A DNA stretch of 32,000 nucleotides, from assembly GCF_000011805.1 (NCBI RefSeq), contig NC_006840.2; one strand, given 5' to 3'. This DNA is from Aliivibrio fischeri ES114 (GTDB lineage: Bacteria > Pseudomonadota > Gammaproteobacteria > Enterobacterales > Vibrionaceae). The position numbers and the translations under genes were made by a program. Shown piece after piece: positions 1 through 10,611 of this stretch. Positions within the stretch are counted from its first letter, which is position 1. Every line of letters begins with the position of its first letter. A model generated the notes under the pieces. That model made no database searches. It saw only the letters and a list, made by a program, of their open reading frames with translations, and was not told where the DNA came from.

Positions 1-562
1 TGCATTTGATGATGTAAAACATGACTTAGGTTATGGCTTACTTCTTAAGCGTTATACAGATAACGTAGTTGATGCAACAGAAGACCAAATTAAAGCGGCT
101 GCGGATGATTCTATCCCAACTGTATGGCCATTGTTCTTCTCATTCCGAATCATGGTTGCGTGTGGCGTATTAATGCTTGGTATCTTTGCTTTTGCATTTG
201 TTCAAACATGTCGTCAAAAAATCGAAGCGAAGCCTTGGTTACTTAAAGCTGCACTATTTGGTATGCCATTACCATGGATTGCGATTGAAGCAGGTTGGTT
301 CGTAGCAGAATATGGTCGTCAACCATGGGCTGTTGGTGAGATCTTACCTGTAAACGTAGCGGCATCAGCACTAACTGCAACTGAAATTCTAATTTCAATG
401 GCTGCAATTATTGGCTTGTACACGATTTTCTTGATTGCTGAAGTTTACCTAATGGTTAAATTTGCTCGTAAAGGTCCAAGTAGCTTGAAAACAGGCCGCT
501 ACCACTTTGAGCAAAATGGTCAAGATTCAGAAGCGAAATTAACTCGCCAAGTAGAAGCATAA
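1..562 (+). CDS. cydA: Cytochrome bd ubiquinol oxidase subunit I, C-terminal part (5' truncated by window edge)
   Basis: Frame 2 is open from the window start through the listed 131..562 ORF; contains [15 protein letters not shown] and is followed 17 bp later by cydB. Confidence 0.95.
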   Translation, partial: AFDDVKHDLGYGLLLKRYTDNVVDATEDQIKAAADDSIPTVWPLFFSFRIMVACGVLMLGIFAFAFVQTCRQKIEAKPWLLKAALFGMPLPWIAIEAGWFVAEYGRQPWAVGEILPVNVAASALTATEILISMAAIIGLYTIFLIAEVYLMVKFARKGPSSLKTGRYHFEQNGQDSEAKLTRQVEA

Positions 563-579
563 AAACGGAGATTTGAGCA

Positions 580-1716
580 ATGTTTGATTACGAAGTATTG
601 CGATTTGTTTGGTGGGCATTAATCGGTGTATTGCTGATTGGCTTCGCTGTAACAGATGGATTCGATATGGGTGTTGGTGCACTAGTACCTGTTATCGGTA
701 AAACAGATTCAGAACGTCGAGTTATGATTAACTCAATTGCCCCTCACTGGGATGGTAACCAAGTATGGTTAATCACAGCAGGTGGTGCATTATTCGCAGC
801 ATGGCCATTAGTATACGCAACATCATTCTCAGGTTTTTACCTAGCAATGATCGTAACGTTAGCAGCACTATGGTTCCGTCCTGTTGGATTTGATTACCGT
901 TCTAAAATTGAAGATAAGCGCTGGCGTTCAGCGTGGGATGCAGCGATCTTTATTGGTAGCTTCGTTCCACCAGTTATCTTTGGTGTTGCGTTTGGTAACC
1001 TTTTACAAGGCGTACCATTCCAACTAGATAACCTAATGATGCCAACATACCATGGTTCATTCTTTGGTCTGTTAAACCCATTTGCACTAGTGTGTGGCCT
1101 AGTAAGTTCATTTATGTTCATTACTCAAGGCGCTACATGGCTACAAATGAAAACAACGGGTGAGTTGCACACTCGCGCACGAAATATTGCGATGATCTTT
1201 AGTGCTCTTGTGGTTGTTTTGTTTGTAATTGCTGGTATCTGGGCTCAAAGCATTGAAGGTTATGTGATTGTAGGTAGCTTAGATCACTTTGCTCCGTCAA
1301 ACCCATTAAATAAAGAAGTCGCTCGTGAAGTAGGTGCTTTGTTCCATAACTTCAACGAATACCCATTACTATGGATTGCTCCAGCATTAGCTGTGATCAT
1401 GCCTATCGTTACAATTATTGCATCTCGTGCAAATATTGGCGGTCTTGCGTTCTTAAGCTCAAGCTTAACGAACGCTGGTGTTATCTTAACTTCTGGTTTT
1501 GCGTTATTCCCATTCGTAATGCCATCGAGCTTGAACCCTAACCATAGCTTAACTATGTGGGATTCAACTTCAAGTGAGTTAACACTTACGCTAATGACAT
1601 ACGTTGCTATCGTAATGGTACCAATTATTCTTGCTTACACTATCTGGACGTACATTAAAATGTTTGGTCGTCTTGATAATAAATTCATTGAAGAGAACAA
1701 AACGTCTCTATACTAA
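580..1716 (+). CDS. cydB: Cytochrome bd ubiquinol oxidase subunit II
   Basis: 378 aa; MFDYEVLRFVWWALIGVLLIGFAVTDGFDMGVG is typical of CydB; directly downstream of cydA. Confidence 0.97.
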   Translation: MFDYEVLRFVWWALIGVLLIGFAVTDGFDMGVGALVPVIGKTDSERRVMINSIAPHWDGNQVWLITAGGALFAAWPLVYATSFSGFYLAMIVTLAALWFRPVGFDYRSKIEDKRWRSAWDAAIFIGSFVPPVIFGVAFGNLLQGVPFQLDNLMMPTYHGSFFGLLNPFALVCGLVSSFMFITQGATWLQMKTTGELHTRARNIAMIFSALVVVLFVIAGIWAQSIEGYVIVGSLDHFAPSNPLNKEVAREVGALFHNFNEYPLLWIAPALAVIMPIVTIIASRANIGGLAFLSSSLTNAGVILTSGFALFPFVMPSSLNPNHSLTMWDSTSSELTLTLMTYVAIVMVPIILAYTIWTYIKMFGRLDNKFIEENKTSLY

Positions 1717-1728
1717 GGAGTATTTACT

Positions 1729-1836
1729 ATGTGGTATTTCGCATGGATTCTAGGTGTTCTACTTGCTTGTGCATTTGGTATCATCAATGCTCTTTGGTTA
1801 GAGCACTCAGAAATGATGGATAAAGACAGTGAGTAA
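1729..1836 (+). CDS. cydX: Cytochrome bd-I accessory subunit CydX (35 aa, absent from the supplied ORF track)
   Basis: ATG at 1729 preceded by AAGGAG; translates to MWYFAWILGVLLACAFGIINALWLEHSEMMDKDSE*; matches the CydX pattern and sits immediately after cydB. Confidence 0.95.
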   Translation: MWYFAWILGVLLACAFGIINALWLEHSEMMDKDSE

Positions 1837-2131
1837 TCTCGCTGACAAAATTGATAGCGTACAATCTCCAATCAACAATATCGTCATTCGTTTATTGTTG
1901 GTTGGTGTCGCAGTGTTTCATATGGCAATGCTAATGTGGGAACCGACAATATACGCTGAACGAATTGGTGGGTTTAGTGGGTTATTGGCTCCAGCTCTAA
2001 TTTATTCAGTGTGTACCGCTTTCATTTTTGTTGTTGGATTCATTCCTCAAAAATGGGGATGGAAACTTCTGTTTAGCCCATATTTTTCAATGTTGATTTT
2101 GATATATTTCAGTTACTTATACTTTATGTAG
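1829..2131 (+). CDS. ybgE: Cyd operon protein YbgE
   Basis: 100 aa membrane protein, GTG start overlapping the cydX 3' end by 8 nt; position in the cydAB-X-ybgE operon. Confidence 0.88.
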   Translation: MSNLADKIDSVQSPINNIVIRLLLVGVAVFHMAMLMWEPTIYAERIGGFSGLLAPALIYSVCTAFIFVVGFIPQKWGWKLLFSPYFSMLILIYFSYLYFM

Positions 2132-2173
2132 TTTGCTTGCATTAAAGTCATCAGTTGAAACATAATATTGAGT

Positions 2174-2211
2174 GGTTTGTTACTTATTTAAGTGACAAAC
2201 CATTTTTTTTT
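2174..2211 (+). terminator. Rho-independent terminator after the cyd operon
   Basis: GGTTTGTTACTT-ATTT-AAGTGACAAACC (12-bp stem with one G-U) followed by ATTTTTTTTT. Confidence 0.85.
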
Positions 2212-2308
2212 ACGATTTAACCTCAAAATGTAAATATCATATAGTTACCTAGGGTTAAGATCAGTTATAGTTAGCAATTGATTTTTCAATAATAATGAGA
2301 AAGGTGAG

Positions 2309-2719
2309 ATGAATACGAATCCATTTAAATGGCCTATAACCATTTATTATGAAGATACCGATGCTGGTGGCGTTGTATATCATTCAAACTACCTTAAGTT
2401 CTTTGAGCGTGCACGAACTGAACTATTACGAGACAAAGGGGTCTCCCAACAAGTAATGTTGAATGAATCTATAGGCTTTGTTGTAAAGAGTTTACAGATT
2501 GATTTCATTTCAGCAGCTCGTTTAGATGAACAACTTATTGTTGAAACATTAGTAACAGAAATTAAAAAAGTATCGCTAACCTTTTGTCAAATATTGGTTA
2601 ATTCTGACGGTAAAGTATTGTGCAAAGCTACGGTTAAGGTAGCCTGTGTCGATAATTCAGTTATGAAACCAACGGCGATCCCATCGTTTATTTTATCGGA
2701 GATATCTTGTGACAGGTGA
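2309..2719 (+). CDS. ybgC: Tol-Pal system-associated acyl-CoA thioesterase YbgC
   Basis: Hotdog thioesterase motif [26 protein letters not shown]; first gene before tolQ. Confidence 0.95.
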   Translation: MNTNPFKWPITIYYEDTDAGGVVYHSNYLKFFERARTELLRDKGVSQQVMLNESIGFVVKSLQIDFISAARLDEQLIVETLVTEIKKVSLTFCQILVNSDGKVLCKATVKVACVDNSVMKPTAIPSFILSEISCDR

Positions 2720-3395
2720 ACTATCAATTCTCGATCTATTTTTACAAGCTAGTTTATTAGTTAAGATCGTGATGCTTATTCTATTAAGCTTGTCTGTAAT
2801 TTCATGGGCGATGATCTTTAAACGCTCAAAAGTATTATCTGTAGCTCGTAGCGATGCGGAACGTTTTGAAGATAAATTTTGGTCTGGTATGGATTTATCT
2901 CAACTGTTCAATGAAGTGAAAGTTCGTAAAGATCGAATTAGCGGAACAGAGAAAATCTTTTATTCAGGTTTTAATGAGTTTGCTCGTTTATCTCGAGTAA
3001 ATTCTTCTTCATCAGAAGCAGTAATGGACGGAACGGCTCGTGCTATGCGTGTGACGGTTTCTCGTGAAGTGGATAACTTAGAGACGAATCTACCTTTCCT
3101 AGCAACAGTTGGCTCTATTACACCTTATATCGGCCTGTTTGGTACGGTATGGGGTATTATGCACGCATTCATTGCTTTGGGTGCAGTAAAACAAGCAACA
3201 CTTGCTATGGTGGCACCGGGTATCGCAGAAGCACTTGTAGCGACAGCTATGGGTTTATTTGCTGCTATCCCAGCAGTTATCGCTTATAACCGTTTAAGTG
3301 TTAAAGTAGGCAAGTTAGAACACAACTATGCTGCATTTATGGATGAGTTCTCAAGTATTCTTCACCGTCAAGCTATGGCGAGTCAGGAGAAGTAA
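2709..3395 (+). CDS. tolQ: Tol-Pal system protein TolQ
   Basis: 228 aa, ExbB/TolQ family ([14 protein letters not shown]); GTG start overlapping ybgC. Confidence 0.95.
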   Translation: MTGELSILDLFLQASLLVKIVMLILLSLSVISWAMIFKRSKVLSVARSDAERFEDKFWSGMDLSQLFNEVKVRKDRISGTEKIFYSGFNEFARLSRVNSSSSEAVMDGTARAMRVTVSREVDNLETNLPFLATVGSITPYIGLFGTVWGIMHAFIALGAVKQATLAMVAPGIAEALVATAMGLFAAIPAVIAYNRLSVKVGKLEHNYAAFMDEFSSILHRQAMASQEK

Positions 3396-3841
3396 TGTCT
3401 GGTTATCAACCTAAAAAACGTAAGTTAACTGCTGAAATCAATGTAGTTCCATACATTGATGTAATGTTAGTACTATTAATTATTTTCATGGTAACCGCTC
3501 CTTTTGTGACTCAAGGTGTTGATGTTGATTTACCTGAAATGACCAATACGAAATCAGCACAAGCAATGGCAGGAGAAGATCCTAATGCGACATTTATTAT
3601 CGTTGAAGTAGATAAAGACGGTAATTTAGGTTTAAGTGTTGATAACCAAGAAGTGCGCCGACCTATGTCGATGCAAGAAATGATCACTAATGTAAAAGCT
3701 GAATTAAGTATTAAACCAAACTCTCCAGTAGCGGTGGGTGGGGATGCTAGTACACCTTATGCTGAAATTGTTTTGGTTTTGGATGAATTGAGTCGAGCGG
3801 GCGTTAGTAAAGTAGGCTTGCTCACTGATCTCAAGGAATAG
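3395..3841 (+). CDS. tolR: Tol-Pal system protein TolR
   Basis: ExbD/TolR family: AEINVVPYIDVMLVLLIIFMVTAP. Confidence 0.95.
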   Translation: MSGYQPKKRKLTAEINVVPYIDVMLVLLIIFMVTAPFVTQGVDVDLPEMTNTKSAQAMAGEDPNATFIIVEVDKDGNLGLSVDNQEVRRPMSMQEMITNVKAELSIKPNSPVAVGGDASTPYAEIVLVLDELSRAGVSKVGLLTDLKE

Positions 3842-3854
3842 AAGTGAATAACCA

Positions 3855-4898
3855 TTGATGAAAGCGGATAATAATTACACATTTGCCATTGGTGTTTCTG
3901 TAGTGCTTCACTTACTGTTAGTGATAGCACTGATATTTGGTAGCGATTTTTCTTTAGATGACAAAGCTAAGCCAAATACGATTCAAGCGGTTGTGATTGA
4001 TCCTGGCACGATAGCTAAGCAAGCAAATCAAATTCGACAAGAACGAGAAAGAGCTGAGCGAGCTGAGCAAGAACGTTTGAAGAAATTAAAACAGCAAGCG
4101 GCACAGTTAGAAAAGAATCGTAAGGCAGAAGAAGAACGTATTCGTCGATTAAAAGAAAAGCAAGTTCAAGAGAAAAAAGCCGCTCGTCAAGCGGAAGAAG
4201 AACGCAAAAAAGCAGTAGCTGAAGCGAAAAAAGAGAAAGAACGTGCAGTAGCTGCAGAGGCTGAGCGTAAACGAAAAGCAGACGCAGCAGCTAAAGCAGA
4301 AGCGGCAAAACAGGCTAAAATTAAAGCGGATAAAGAAAAAGCAGCGAAAGAGGCTGCTAAGAAAGCGCAATTAGAAAAAGAGCGAGCAGCTAAAGCTGAA
4401 GCAGATCGTAAGGCAAAAGAAAAAGCGGCCAAAGCAGAAGCTGAAAGAAAAGCGAAAGCAGAGGCTGAACGAGTAGCTAAAGCCAAAGCAGCAGAAAAAG
4501 CTCGTAAAGAAAAAGCAGCGAGAGCAGAAGCTGAGCGTAAACAGAAAGAAGCAGCATTAAATGATATCTTTGCAGGTTTAGAAGATGAGACGGTTCAGAA
4601 CTCATCAGCTAAACAACAGCATATTGATAATGAAGTTAATCGCCATGCGGCAATTTATACTCAAATGATTCAGCAAAACTTGCTGGTTGATGAGACATAT
4701 GTAGGTAAAAGCTGTCGAGTGAAAATTAAGTTGGCCTCTTCCGGATTACTTTTATCTGTGACCACTTTAGGTGGTGATGCTCAAGTTTGTCGAGCTGCAA
4801 AAACAGCAGTAACAAAAGTGAATGTGTTTCCTATGCCAAAGGATGCAGATGTTGTTGCTAAGTTAACGAATATAAACCTTACCGTTCAACCAGAATAA
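3855..4898 (+). CDS. tolA: Cell envelope integrity protein TolA
   Basis: N-terminal TM, long Ala/Lys/Glu-rich helical domain, C-terminal domain; position between tolR and tolB. Confidence 0.95.
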   Translation: MMKADNNYTFAIGVSVVLHLLLVIALIFGSDFSLDDKAKPNTIQAVVIDPGTIAKQANQIRQERERAERAEQERLKKLKQQAAQLEKNRKAEEERIRRLKEKQVQEKKAARQAEEERKKAVAEAKKEKERAVAAEAERKRKADAAAKAEAAKQAKIKADKEKAAKEAAKKAQLEKERAAKAEADRKAKEKAAKAEAERKAKAEAERVAKAKAAEKARKEKAARAEAERKQKEAALNDIFAGLEDETVQNSSAKQQHIDNEVNRHAAIYTQMIQQNLLVDETYVGKSCRVKIKLASSGLLLSVTTLGGDAQVCRAAKTAVTKVNVFPMPKDADVVAKLTNINLTVQPE

Positions 4899-4908
4899 GG
4901 AAGAGCAA

Positions 4909-6261
4909 GTGCTTAAACGATGGATATTAACCCTATTTGTGGTTTGTTTAGGTTTTAGTCAGGTTGCAAAAGCCGAGCTAGAACTGGTTATTACAGAAGG
5001 TATTGATTCAGCAAGACCAATTGGTATTGTGCCTTTTAAATGGCATGGAGAGGGCAAGTTACCGCAAGATATATCTGCGATTATTTCGTCTGATTTACAG
5101 CGTAGTGGTAAGTTTAGTCCTGTTGCAACTAATAAAATGCCACAAACACCTTATAAAGATTCGGATATTAATTACGAAGCTTGGACAAAAATGGGTGTGG
5201 ATGCGATTGTTACTGGCGAAGTTAAATTAAACGCACAAGGTAAGTATGAAGTTACATACAAACTTATCGATGTGGTTCGTGGTCAGTTAACTAAAGGTCA
5301 ATCTAAGGCATTAGATGAATCAGGTAAGTTAGTACTTACTCGAGACCATATTTTAGTTAATAAAGTGGCGTCATTATCGACAAAGCAATTGCGTAAATAT
5401 GCACACCGTATTTCTGATGTGGTGTATGAGAAATTGACAGGTGAAAGAGGTGCGTTTTTAACTCGTATCGCTTATGTGGTTGTAAATGACAAAGCACAAT
5501 ACCCATACCAGTTAAGAATTGCTGACTATGATGGTTATAATGAACGCTTAGTTCTGAAATCGAAACAACCTATCATGTCACCAGCATGGTCACCTGATGG
5601 TAAAAAGCTTGCATATGTAAGTTTTGAAAATAGAAAGTCACAAATTTTCATTATGAATATTTATACGGGTAAGAGAGAGTTAATTGCTTCTTATCCGCGT
5701 CATAATGGAGCACCGCGCTTCTCACATGATGGTGATAAGTTAGCGATAGTATTATCAAAATCTGGAAGTCTACAAATTTATGTTGTGGATTTGAAGACCA
5801 AAAAAATGAGTCAAATTACTCGCGGTAGAGCGAATAATACCGAACCTTTTTGGGCTCCAGATAACAAGTCACTTATATTTACATCAGATCGGGGTGGTAA
5901 ACCTCAGATATATAGAGTAAATTTAGGGGATGGTTCGACTAAACGTTTAACCTGGCAAGGCAGTCAGAATCTTGGTGGGCAGATTACTCCAGACGGTAAA
6001 TACATCGTTATGGTAAATCGCTCAGAGACTGGATTTAATCTAGCGAAACAAGATTTAGAAACCGGTGCTGTCCAGGTCTTAACAAAGACACTACTGGATG
6101 AGTCACCAAGTATTGCGCCAAATGGTGGCATGGTGATTTACAGTTCAATCTATAGAAAACAAAATGTTCTTTCTATGGTTTCTATAGATGGCCGTTTTAA
6201 AGCTCGCTTACCAGCGACTAACGGTCGTGTAAGGGCACCAGCGTGGTCGCCATTTTTATAG
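4909..6261 (+). CDS. tolB: Tol-Pal system beta-propeller protein TolB
   Basis: 450 aa, GTG start; WD40-like repeats ([55 protein letters not shown]). Confidence 0.96.
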   Translation: MLKRWILTLFVVCLGFSQVAKAELELVITEGIDSARPIGIVPFKWHGEGKLPQDISAIISSDLQRSGKFSPVATNKMPQTPYKDSDINYEAWTKMGVDAIVTGEVKLNAQGKYEVTYKLIDVVRGQLTKGQSKALDESGKLVLTRDHILVNKVASLSTKQLRKYAHRISDVVYEKLTGERGAFLTRIAYVVVNDKAQYPYQLRIADYDGYNERLVLKSKQPIMSPAWSPDGKKLAYVSFENRKSQIFIMNIYTGKRELIASYPRHNGAPRFSHDGDKLAIVLSKSGSLQIYVVDLKTKKMSQITRGRANNTEPFWAPDNKSLIFTSDRGGKPQIYRVNLGDGSTKRLTWQGSQNLGGQITPDGKYIVMVNRSETGFNLAKQDLETGAVQVLTKTLLDESPSIAPNGGMVIYSSIYRKQNVLSMVSIDGRFKARLPATNGRVRAPAWSPFL

Positions 6262-6296
6262 CTACTAAAAATATTTAGGAAAATAAGGAAAATACA

Positions 6297-6863
6297 ATGC
6301 AACTAAATAAACTTCTTAAGAGCCTTTTAATCGCGTTGCCTGTGGTTGCTCTTTCAGCTTGTAGTTCTAGCGACAGCGCAACTGACAGTACTGCTGGCCA
6401 AGAATCAACTAATGCTGCAGAGACTCAAACAACTAACGGTGCAGAAGGTCAAACAGATACAGCTGTTCTATCTTCTATCGAAGCTGATGAAGCAATGAAC
6501 GAAGCTGAAGTACGTGCTCAAGCTGAGCAAGAACTTCGTAAAGTTCAAACTGTTTACTTCGCATTTGATAACTCAACAATCTCTTCAGAATACGAAGATA
6601 TGCTTGCAGCTCACGCAGCTTTCCTAAGTGCTGATCCTTCAATCAAAGTAACTGTTGAAGGTCACGCTGATGAGCGCGGTACTCCTGAATACAACATCGC
6701 TCTAGGCGAGCGTCGTGCTAAAGCAGTATCTAAGTACCTACAAGCTCTAGGTGTTTCTGCAGACCAAATCTCTATCGTAAGCTACGGTGAAGAGAAGCCA
6801 CTAGTTCTTGGCCAAACAGCTGAAGACTACGCTAAAAACCGTCGTGCAGTATTAGTATACTAA
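6297..6863 (+). CDS. pal: Peptidoglycan-associated lipoprotein Pal
   Basis: Lipobox LSACSS; OmpA-like domain [25 protein letters not shown]. Confidence 0.96.
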   Translation: MQLNKLLKSLLIALPVVALSACSSSDSATDSTAGQESTNAAETQTTNGAEGQTDTAVLSSIEADEAMNEAEVRAQAEQELRKVQTVYFAFDNSTISSEYEDMLAAHAAFLSADPSIKVTVEGHADERGTPEYNIALGERRAKAVSKYLQALGVSADQISIVSYGEEKPLVLGQTAEDYAKNRRAVLVY

Positions 6864-6888
6864 TCGATAGTTTATAAGGCTGACTTAT

Positions 6889-7647
6889 ATGAAATACAGT
6901 AACCTTAAGCGAATCATTCCGCTTACGTTGCTGGCTAGTGCGGCGACCCTTGTGGTCGCCGCACCTGCTCCAGTCACAGATTTAAATGCTAGTTCCAATT
7001 CTACCTCTTCTGCTCCTGCATCATCGGCAAGTATTGAACGCCTAGAACGTTTAATTAAAAGTCGTAATCAAATTCAGCTTCAATTACAACAGCAGTTGGA
7101 TGGTTTATCTCAAGAGCTTTCAGAGATGCGAGGCACGGTAGAGCGCAATAGCTATGAACTTGATCAGATGCTTGAGCGTCAACGTCAGCTGTATATTGAA
7201 ATAGACAACATAAGAACAGCTAAACCAACTGTAGAAGCGAAGCCTGAAGCAACAGAAGGTGCTTATGCTGCTGATACTAATGAAAATGCGGCTTATCAAA
7301 ATGCAGTGGATTTGATCTTAAAAGAGAAAAACTACGCAGGGGCAACAAAAGCATTTCAAGAATTTGTAACGGCATACCCTGATTCAGTATATAGCTCGAA
7401 TGCACATTACTGGTTAGGACAGTTGTACTTTGCTCAAAAAAATGATGTAGAAGCAGCCAAGAGTTTTGCTAAAGTCGTTAGTTATGCAGACTCAAATAAA
7501 CGAGCTGATGCTCTACTGAAGTTAGGCGAAGTAGCTAAACGCAATAATAATAATGCGGCAGCAAAAAAATATTATCAAAAAGTAGTTAATGAATACCCAG
7601 ATAGTACGACTGCGAAAACTGCAGCATCTAAACTGGAATCACTGTAA
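6889..7647 (+). CDS. cpoB: Cell division coordinator CpoB (YbgF; TPR protein)
   Basis: Signal peptide, coiled coil, TPR repeats (YPDSVYSSNAHYWLGQLYFAQKN); downstream of pal. Confidence 0.93.
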   Translation: MKYSNLKRIIPLTLLASAATLVVAAPAPVTDLNASSNSTSSAPASSASIERLERLIKSRNQIQLQLQQQLDGLSQELSEMRGTVERNSYELDQMLERQRQLYIEIDNIRTAKPTVEAKPEATEGAYAADTNENAAYQNAVDLILKEKNYAGATKAFQEFVTAYPDSVYSSNAHYWLGQLYFAQKNDVEAAKSFAKVVSYADSNKRADALLKLGEVAKRNNNNAAAKKYYQKVVNEYPDSTTAKTAASKLESL

Positions 7648-7679
7648 CTTTGCTGAATTTTTAGTATTTTTAAAACATA

Positions 7680-7702
7680 AAGGAGCCTAAGGCTCCTTTT
7701 TT
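7680..7702 (+). terminator. Rho-independent terminator after cpoB
   Basis: AAGGAGCC-TAA-GGCTCCTTTTTTA. Confidence 0.88.
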
Positions 7703-7778
7703 ATTTCCCCTAACTTGCTGACTAAATCATTAGGGGTATAATGCTCAAACTATTTGAAAAAAGTTACTGAGCTGAGCA

Positions 7779-8828
7779 ATGGGCCATATTCTAGATCACA
7801 TCGATACCGTTTATCCTTTCCCTCCAAAGCCAATCGCATTAAGTGCGGAAGAGAAAGTAGAATACATTTCTAAAATCAAACAATTACTTAGAGATAAAAA
7901 TGCGGTATTAATTGCCCATTATTATACTGATCCTGAAATTCAAGCATTAGCTGAAGAGACTGGTGGTTTTGTTGGTGATTCACTTGAAATGGCTAAATTT
8001 GGTAATCGTCATGAAGCAAAAACATTAGTGATTGCTGGTGTTCGTTTCATGGGAGAATCTGCAAAAATTCTAACGCCTGAAAAAACCATTCTGATGCCGA
8101 CATTAGAGGCAGAGTGCTCACTAGATTTAGGCTGTCCAGCAGACAAGTTTACTGAGTTTTGTGACGCGCACCCTGATCATACGGTTGTGGTTTACGCTAA
8201 TACTTCTGCAGCAGTAAAAGCTCGAGCTGATTGGGTGGTAACATCAAGCATTGCTTTAGAAATCGTAGAGCACCTAGATGATGAAGATAAAAAAATCATT
8301 TGGGGACCAGATCGTCATTTAGGCTCATATATTGCGAATAAAACTGGCGCAGATATGCTTCTATGGCAAGGTGAGTGTATTGTTCATGATGAATTCTCAG
8401 CAAAAGCTTTAAAAGATGCTAAAGCACTTCACCCTGATGCTGCTGTGTTAGTTCACCCTGAATCACCAGCAAGTGTTGTTGAGTTAGCGGACGCTGTTGG
8501 TTCTACAAGTCAATTAATCAAAGCAGCTAAAGAGCTACCACAACAAAAAATGATTGTTGCAACAGATAAAGGTATTTTCTTTAAAATGCAGCAAATGGTG
8601 CCAGAGAAAGAATTACTTGAAGCACCAACTGCAGGTGCTGGCGCAACATGCCGTAGTTGTGCTCACTGTCCTTGGATGGCTATGAATGGCTTAGTTGCTA
8701 TTGAGAAGTCACTTCGAGAAGGTGGGTCTGAGCATGAGATTTTCTTAGATGAAGAAACACGTTTAAAATCTCTTATTCCATTAAATCGTATGTTAGATTT
8801 TGCTGAGCAATTAAACGCAAATAGATAA
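7779..8828 (+). CDS. nadA: Quinolinate synthase NadA
   Basis: [35 protein letters not shown]; Fe-S cluster Cys context [14 protein letters not shown]. Confidence 0.97.
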   Translation: MGHILDHIDTVYPFPPKPIALSAEEKVEYISKIKQLLRDKNAVLIAHYYTDPEIQALAEETGGFVGDSLEMAKFGNRHEAKTLVIAGVRFMGESAKILTPEKTILMPTLEAECSLDLGCPADKFTEFCDAHPDHTVVVYANTSAAVKARADWVVTSSIALEIVEHLDDEDKKIIWGPDRHLGSYIANKTGADMLLWQGECIVHDEFSAKALKDAKALHPDAAVLVHPESPASVVELADAVGSTSQLIKAAKELPQQKMIVATDKGIFFKMQQMVPEKELLEAPTAGAGATCRSCAHCPWMAMNGLVAIEKSLREGGSEHEIFLDEETRLKSLIPLNRMLDFAEQLNANR

Positions 8829-8849
8829 TGCGATAAATGTTTTATATAA

Positions 8850-8880
8850 AAATGGCGACCAGTGCGGTCGCCATTTTTGT
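8850..8880. terminator. Bidirectional rho-independent terminator between nadA and the convergent UPF0149 gene
   Basis: AAATGGCGACC-AGTGC-GGTCGCCATTTTT, perfect 11-bp stem, A/T-rich on both sides. Confidence 0.85.
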
Positions 8881-8901
8881 AATTTTATTTTTGGACTTTA
8901 T

Positions 8902-9492
8902 TTATTCGTCGCGACTTGCTTCTGCTTCTGCAAGTTCATAACCACGCATGGTTAATCCTGATAGCATCATAGGTACAGCATTGTAAATTTCAGTGAATTC
9001 GCCTAAACCTTCGATACCTTGTTCTTCTAATGCAGATAGCGCCGTCTCTGGGTCAAAAAGCATGCTAATAGAAAGTAATACACCACCAAGTAAGGCGTTG
9101 TTTTCACTTTCTTCTGGCATTAAGGTTTCCCAATCATCACGAGTTAGTTGCCAGCCTTGTAATAGACCTTCTGAAAATTGACGAGTTTCAGAAGTAACGA
9201 TTTCTTCATCATCTAATTTACACTCTTCAGGCCATTGCCATGTGCCAGATAAAAACGCTTCACGATAATCATTCCATAAGTTAACAACGATGTTCGCATA
9301 AGCTTCTAGATCTTCTGCATTAGTAAATGGAGAAGTTTCTTCACCACCCCATAAAAAAGCTAACCATTCATTTGGATTAATCAGATTAGGGGCTGCTGCC
9401 ATAGCGGCAATAAAACCTTGAGTTTGCGCTTCAGTAAGCAGTTTATTTTCTAATTCAGGGTTTGAAAGAATTGTCGTAAGTGATAAAGACAT
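8902..9492 (-). CDS. UPF0149 (YecA/YgfB-like) family protein
   Basis: 196 aa acidic protein with NEWLAFLWGGEE, FSEGLLQGWQ; resembles the UPF0149 family. Confidence 0.7.
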   Translation of the reverse strand: MSLSLTTILSNPELENKLLTEAQTQGFIAAMAAAPNLINPNEWLAFLWGGEETSPFTNAEDLEAYANIVVNLWNDYREAFLSGTWQWPEECKLDDEEIVTSETRQFSEGLLQGWQLTRDDWETLMPEESENNALLGGVLLSISMLFDPETALSALEEQGIEGLGEFTEIYNAVPMMLSGLTMRGYELAEAEASRDE

Positions 9493-9802
9493 AGTGTTCT
9501 CATTCCATTCAATTTTTTACTATTGTACCAAGAAGTTTTTGCCTTGTCTGAAATGAAATTATGTAGCAATTTTGTATGTAATTTTATTACCTATACTGCC
9601 AAGTAGTTGATCAAACTGATTTTGAACGTAAAAGTAGCTGTAAATTTACTACATAGTTTCAACTTCAGTATCTAATTCTGTATACATTGTGGTCTAATAG
9701 CCATAATTGCTAGTTAGATCTACCTGTCTAGTTCATTCCACTGGATGTATTTCATCATCCAGTCCATTAGTCTGATATTTGTGTGTTGGAGAGAGTAAGT
9801 TA

Positions 9803-10255
9803 ATGTCTAAGAAAGGGCCATTTAATATCCGCAATGCTGCGGCTGATACATTTGCAATGGTGGTTTTTTGTTTTATTACGGGCATGTTTATTGAAATATT
9901 AATTTCAGGAATGACATTTGAGCAGTCGTTGGCTTCTCGAACTCTTTCCATACCAGTTAACATCGCAATCGCATGGCCTTATGGGGTTTTTCGTGATTTT
10001 ATGCTTCGTCAAGGTGCTCGTATATCACCAAGCAAATTCATGAAGAATATTGCAGACTTAGTTGCGTATGTGACATTCCAGTCGCCAGCTTACGCTATGA
10101 TTTTATTAGTCGTGGGGGCAACACCAGAGCAAATCATTACTGCTGTTTCAAGTAATGTTGTTGTCTCATGTGTAATGGGTGTGTTTTATGGTTACTTTTT
10201 AGATGCTTGCCGTAAAGCATTTAAAGTTCCTGGTTACTACACACCACAAGCATAA
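9803..10255 (+). CDS. alaE: L-alanine exporter AlaE
   Basis: [46 protein letters not shown] is characteristic of AlaE; internal ATG at 9803 preferred over the 9779 start in the ORF track. Confidence 0.93.
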   Translation: MSKKGPFNIRNAAADTFAMVVFCFITGMFIEILISGMTFEQSLASRTLSIPVNIAIAWPYGVFRDFMLRQGARISPSKFMKNIADLVAYVTFQSPAYAMILLVVGATPEQIITAVSSNVVVSCVMGVFYGYFLDACRKAFKVPGYYTPQA

Positions 10256-10279
10256 GTATAAACTTTTATGTTATAGATA

Positions 10280-10310
10280 AAGCCAGCATATAATTATGTT
10301 GGCTTTTTTG
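10280..10310 (+). terminator. Rho-independent terminator after alaE
   Basis: AAGCCAGCATA-TAAT-TATGTTGGCTT followed by TTTTG. Confidence 0.85.
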
Positions 10311-10372
10311 TTTATAACACGAGCAAGACGTGTAAAAATGAAGCAACCAATTGAGATTCTGTAAGAAACTCC

Positions 10373-10401
10373 TTGACCCCTAGAGGCTAAATCATTAAAT
10401 T
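10373..10401 (+). promoter_or_regulatory. Putative sigma70 promoter for tRNA-Ser
   Basis: TTGACC (10373-10378), 17-bp spacer, TAAATT (10396-10401), then a GC-rich AGCGCTCG discriminator. Confidence 0.55.
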
Positions 10402-10433
10402 AGCGCTCGTTGTTTCAAAAAGAACAACAATTC

Positions 10434-10521
10434 GGTGAGTTGTCCGAGTGGCTGAAGGAGCACGCCTGGAAAGTGTGTGTACGGCAACGTACCGAGAGTT
10501 CGAATCTCTCACTCACCGCCA
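10434..10521 (+). tRNA. tRNA-Ser (anticodon GGA at 10468-10470)
   Basis: 88 nt including encoded CCA; acceptor stem GGTGAGT/ACTCACC; long variable arm TACGGCAACGTA; T-arm GAGAGTTCGAATCTCTC; anticodon loop CTGGAAA. Confidence 0.97.
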
Positions 10522-10527
10522 CATTTT

Positions 10528-10556
10528 AAGCCCTAGCAGAAATGCTGGGGCTTTTT
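10528..10556 (+). terminator. Rho-independent terminator of tRNA-Ser
   Basis: AGCCCTAGCA-GAAA-TGCTGGGGCT followed by TTTT. Confidence 0.87.
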
Positions 10557-10611
10557 CGTATCTATAGTTTGTTCAGTGCCCACTGAGAGTACACAAAAAG
10601 AGTACACAAGC

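Noticed and set aside
894-1121. Antisense ORF inside cydB
   Set aside because: Complement of a well-conserved gene, no recognisable motif.
4149-4486. Antisense ORFs (- strand 4149..4370 and 4187..4486)
   Set aside because: Low-complexity mirror of the Ala/Lys/Glu-rich tolA helix; the compositional bias removes stop codons. No independent evidence of coding.
3990-4560. Repetitive sequence in tolA considered as a DNA repeat array
   Set aside because: It is codon-level repetition of a coiled-coil/helical protein domain normal for TolA, without exact spaced repeats as in CRISPR.
5003-5230. Alternative-frame ORF inside tolB
   Set aside because: Out of frame with the clear TolB coding sequence.
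9733-9963. Antisense ORF overlapping alaE
   Set aside because: Overlaps the N-terminal coding part of AlaE, no family resemblance.
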